Shown piece by piece: positions 62,248 to 64,000 of a DNA stretch of 64,000 bases; within the stretch, counting starts at the first letter, position 1; each line of letters opens with the position of its first letter. The notes under the pieces were generated by a model. That model made no database searches, was not told the origin of the DNA, and worked only from the letters and a program-made list of their open reading frames with translations. The DNA is from Lingula anatina (Eukaryota > Animalia > Brachiopoda): NCBI GenBank assembly GCA_051362555.1, contig CM120640.1, positions 52,678,788-52,742,787 on the forward strand, read 5' to 3'. The translations under genes were made by a program, and so were the position numbers.

Positions 62248-62732
62248 CTAGTTTCTTTATAGTTTGAGTGATGTAACTGGTCATATGTTTTTTTCATCTA
62301 TCAATTGTTTTGTTTATCTATAACAGAGGCAGTGAGAGCAACCTTCAAACAGGCGTCAGTAAAACCATTTGAAGACCGACCTTTCATCCCACATATTACC
62401 ATTTTGCATTTGTATCCACACATGAAATATGAGCTCGGTAAGAGACGCACAATTTTCCCCACGTACTACAGAAATGCACAGTTGTAGAACACATTAACGT
62501 TATCTTACAAATATTTCTATTGTCTTGTTTATTTATTTATTATAATTTGTATACCGAATGTTCTATTCAAATTCGTTTTGTTTTAGGTTTACGGAAAATA
62601 GACCCGAAGTGTTATGAGCCGTACAGGGAGATGTACTTTGGCCAAAAAAAGATCACCAGCGTGCAGCTGTGTAAAATGGGCCGACCAAAACACGAACCTT
62701 ATTATGAAATTGCACACGAAGTTTTCTTTTGA
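60561..62732 (+). CDS. AKAP7-like 2H phosphoesterase, copy 2 (short, divergent paralog), 5 exons
   Basis: Strong Kozak context GCCGCCATG. Exons 60561-60782 (PTHFVCIQMNNKK), 61244-61395 (AYHITLM), 61833-61993, 62327-62437 (FIPHITIL), 62587-62732 (FGQKKITSVQLCKMG...YYEI, TGA). Intron positions and phases equal those of copy 1. Confidence 0.85.
62173..62246. repeat. (TA)n microsatellite
   Basis: Pure TA run in an AKAP7-2 intron. Confidence 0.9.
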
Positions 62733-62968
62733 AATGTTGGATGACATAGGTCTATAGGTCTAAGTGAGTTAAATGAACATTCAAAGAATGACGTACTTTG
62801 TTTCCAGAGGAACAAAGGTGAATCAAATGAAAACGAATAATCATTTTAAGTGAATAATTGAGTTAATCAATGTGTGTGCCCTTAATTTTATAAATGACTT
62901 AAAAGCTTAAATATGTTTTTCAAAGATACAATGTGTAATTCACATGAAATATTCAATGAATACATTCC

Positions 62969-62974
62969 AATAAA
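62969..62974 (+). terminator. Candidate poly(A) signal of AKAP7-like copy 2
   Basis: AATAAA about 240 nt after the stop codon, followed by T/GT-rich sequence. Confidence 0.5.
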
Positions 62975-64000
62975 ATTGTTTATTTTGATTTCTTTTGTTT
63001 TGATGTTCAAAGGAAAAAAGGAGAAAATAAAATACTCACTTTAATGAAATCTCGAAATCATGAAACAAAAATAAATTACTGTTGATCATGGATTTCCCAT
63101 GTAACAGAATCCAGGATAATTTTTCTTCACAAAATTTGTTCTTTAAAATTACAGGGAATTAAATTGCGTCGTGCATAAATTGGATAGAAAGATGGTTAAT
63201 AAACGAAGGATACAAAATAAGCCTACTTTAAGGATAGTGCTTACCTAATTTTTGACATTCAAAAAGGAAAGATGTTATTTTTAAGCAATAGGGTGAGACT
63301 ACCACCAGAGTTACTCAAAATAAATGCGGCTTACTGTTGGTGCTATTTGCGTAGCTGGTACTTTAATACTGTCTTATCTGTTCACAATTGTCACGAAGTA
63401 ATTATTCAGACAAAAAAAAAAAAAAAAATTCACACCAAAGTGGAAGTCGTTGTGCTGCAACAGACAGTCAATTCTGTCCTAGATAAAGACTTCAGCATTG
63501 TAAACCTCCGCTGTAACCAACACTAGACGCGTGAACAAATGTAGAAGTTTAATATAGGTAATAATGGGAAAAACTTACAATTTAATCAGTGCTAAATAGT
63601 TGTGAAATTTAATCAAGTTGATAGGAGCCACAACGTTTTTGTTGGATCAGCGAGTGCAAATCGTACCATCACATCGTGGTGAAAACTTGGTTTTCTCTAA
63701 GTCCAACACAACCTCAACTGAAATCCGGTTGGAAATGGTGGTCACTGAATGTCTAGTTTTTTTCATAATAGATGTATATCTTTATATCATCTTAAAATGA
63801 GCAAAAAAATGTTTTTCTTTATTCTTGTATAATTGTGACTGTTACATGTACATCCTTCAGCATGGCCAGACAGTTTGACATTGACATATAAGCACCCCCT
63901 CCCCCAAATATTTCTCCTGTACACATTTTCAAGTATCTGAACCAAACACTATAACGAAAAATACTTTTAAAAAATGAGAAGGGCGGGCACAATTACAAAA

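Noticed and set aside
26381-62732. Operon-like functional cluster (sulfur/tRNA/RNA chemistry: CDKAL1, TauD, 2H enzymes)
   Set aside because: Mixed orientations and separate promoters. Animal gene adjacency alone does not imply a shared pathway, and conserved synteny would be needed.
63100-64000. Further gene at the window end
   Set aside because: Only short ORFs with no recognisable motif or reliable splice sites.

Overview
AT-rich, intron-containing animal genomic DNA, most likely from an invertebrate. I rebuilt six spliced protein-coding genes from GT-AG sites and reading-frame phase. They are: the 3' part of an AMPK-related HUNK-like Ser/Thr kinase (+, 1771-24181; 5' exons lie before the window); complete CDKAL1 tRNA methylthiotransferase (-, 26381-36578); complete UGCG ceramide glucosyltransferase (+, 37267/37909-49641); a 4-exon TauD/TfdA-family Fe(II)/2-oxoglutarate dioxygenase (-, 52034-53871); and two tandem AKAP7-like 2H phosphoesterases (+, 54692-59738 and 60561-62732). 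CDKAL1/UGCG and TauD/AKAP7-1 are head-to-head pairs. Introns carry several MITEs, a Helentron-like element and a degenerate LINE interrupted by a DNA transposon with a 6-bp target-site duplication (TSD). The most notable observations are two paralogous, apparently mutually exclusive UGCG first exons, a TauD enzyme with a possible N-myristoylation motif, a tandem 2H phosphoesterase pair with no recognisable PKA-anchoring helix, a 69-bp duplicated splice acceptor that would create a poison isoform, and a twin intronic element in CDKAL1. All gene models were made by eye, with no database or transcript data.
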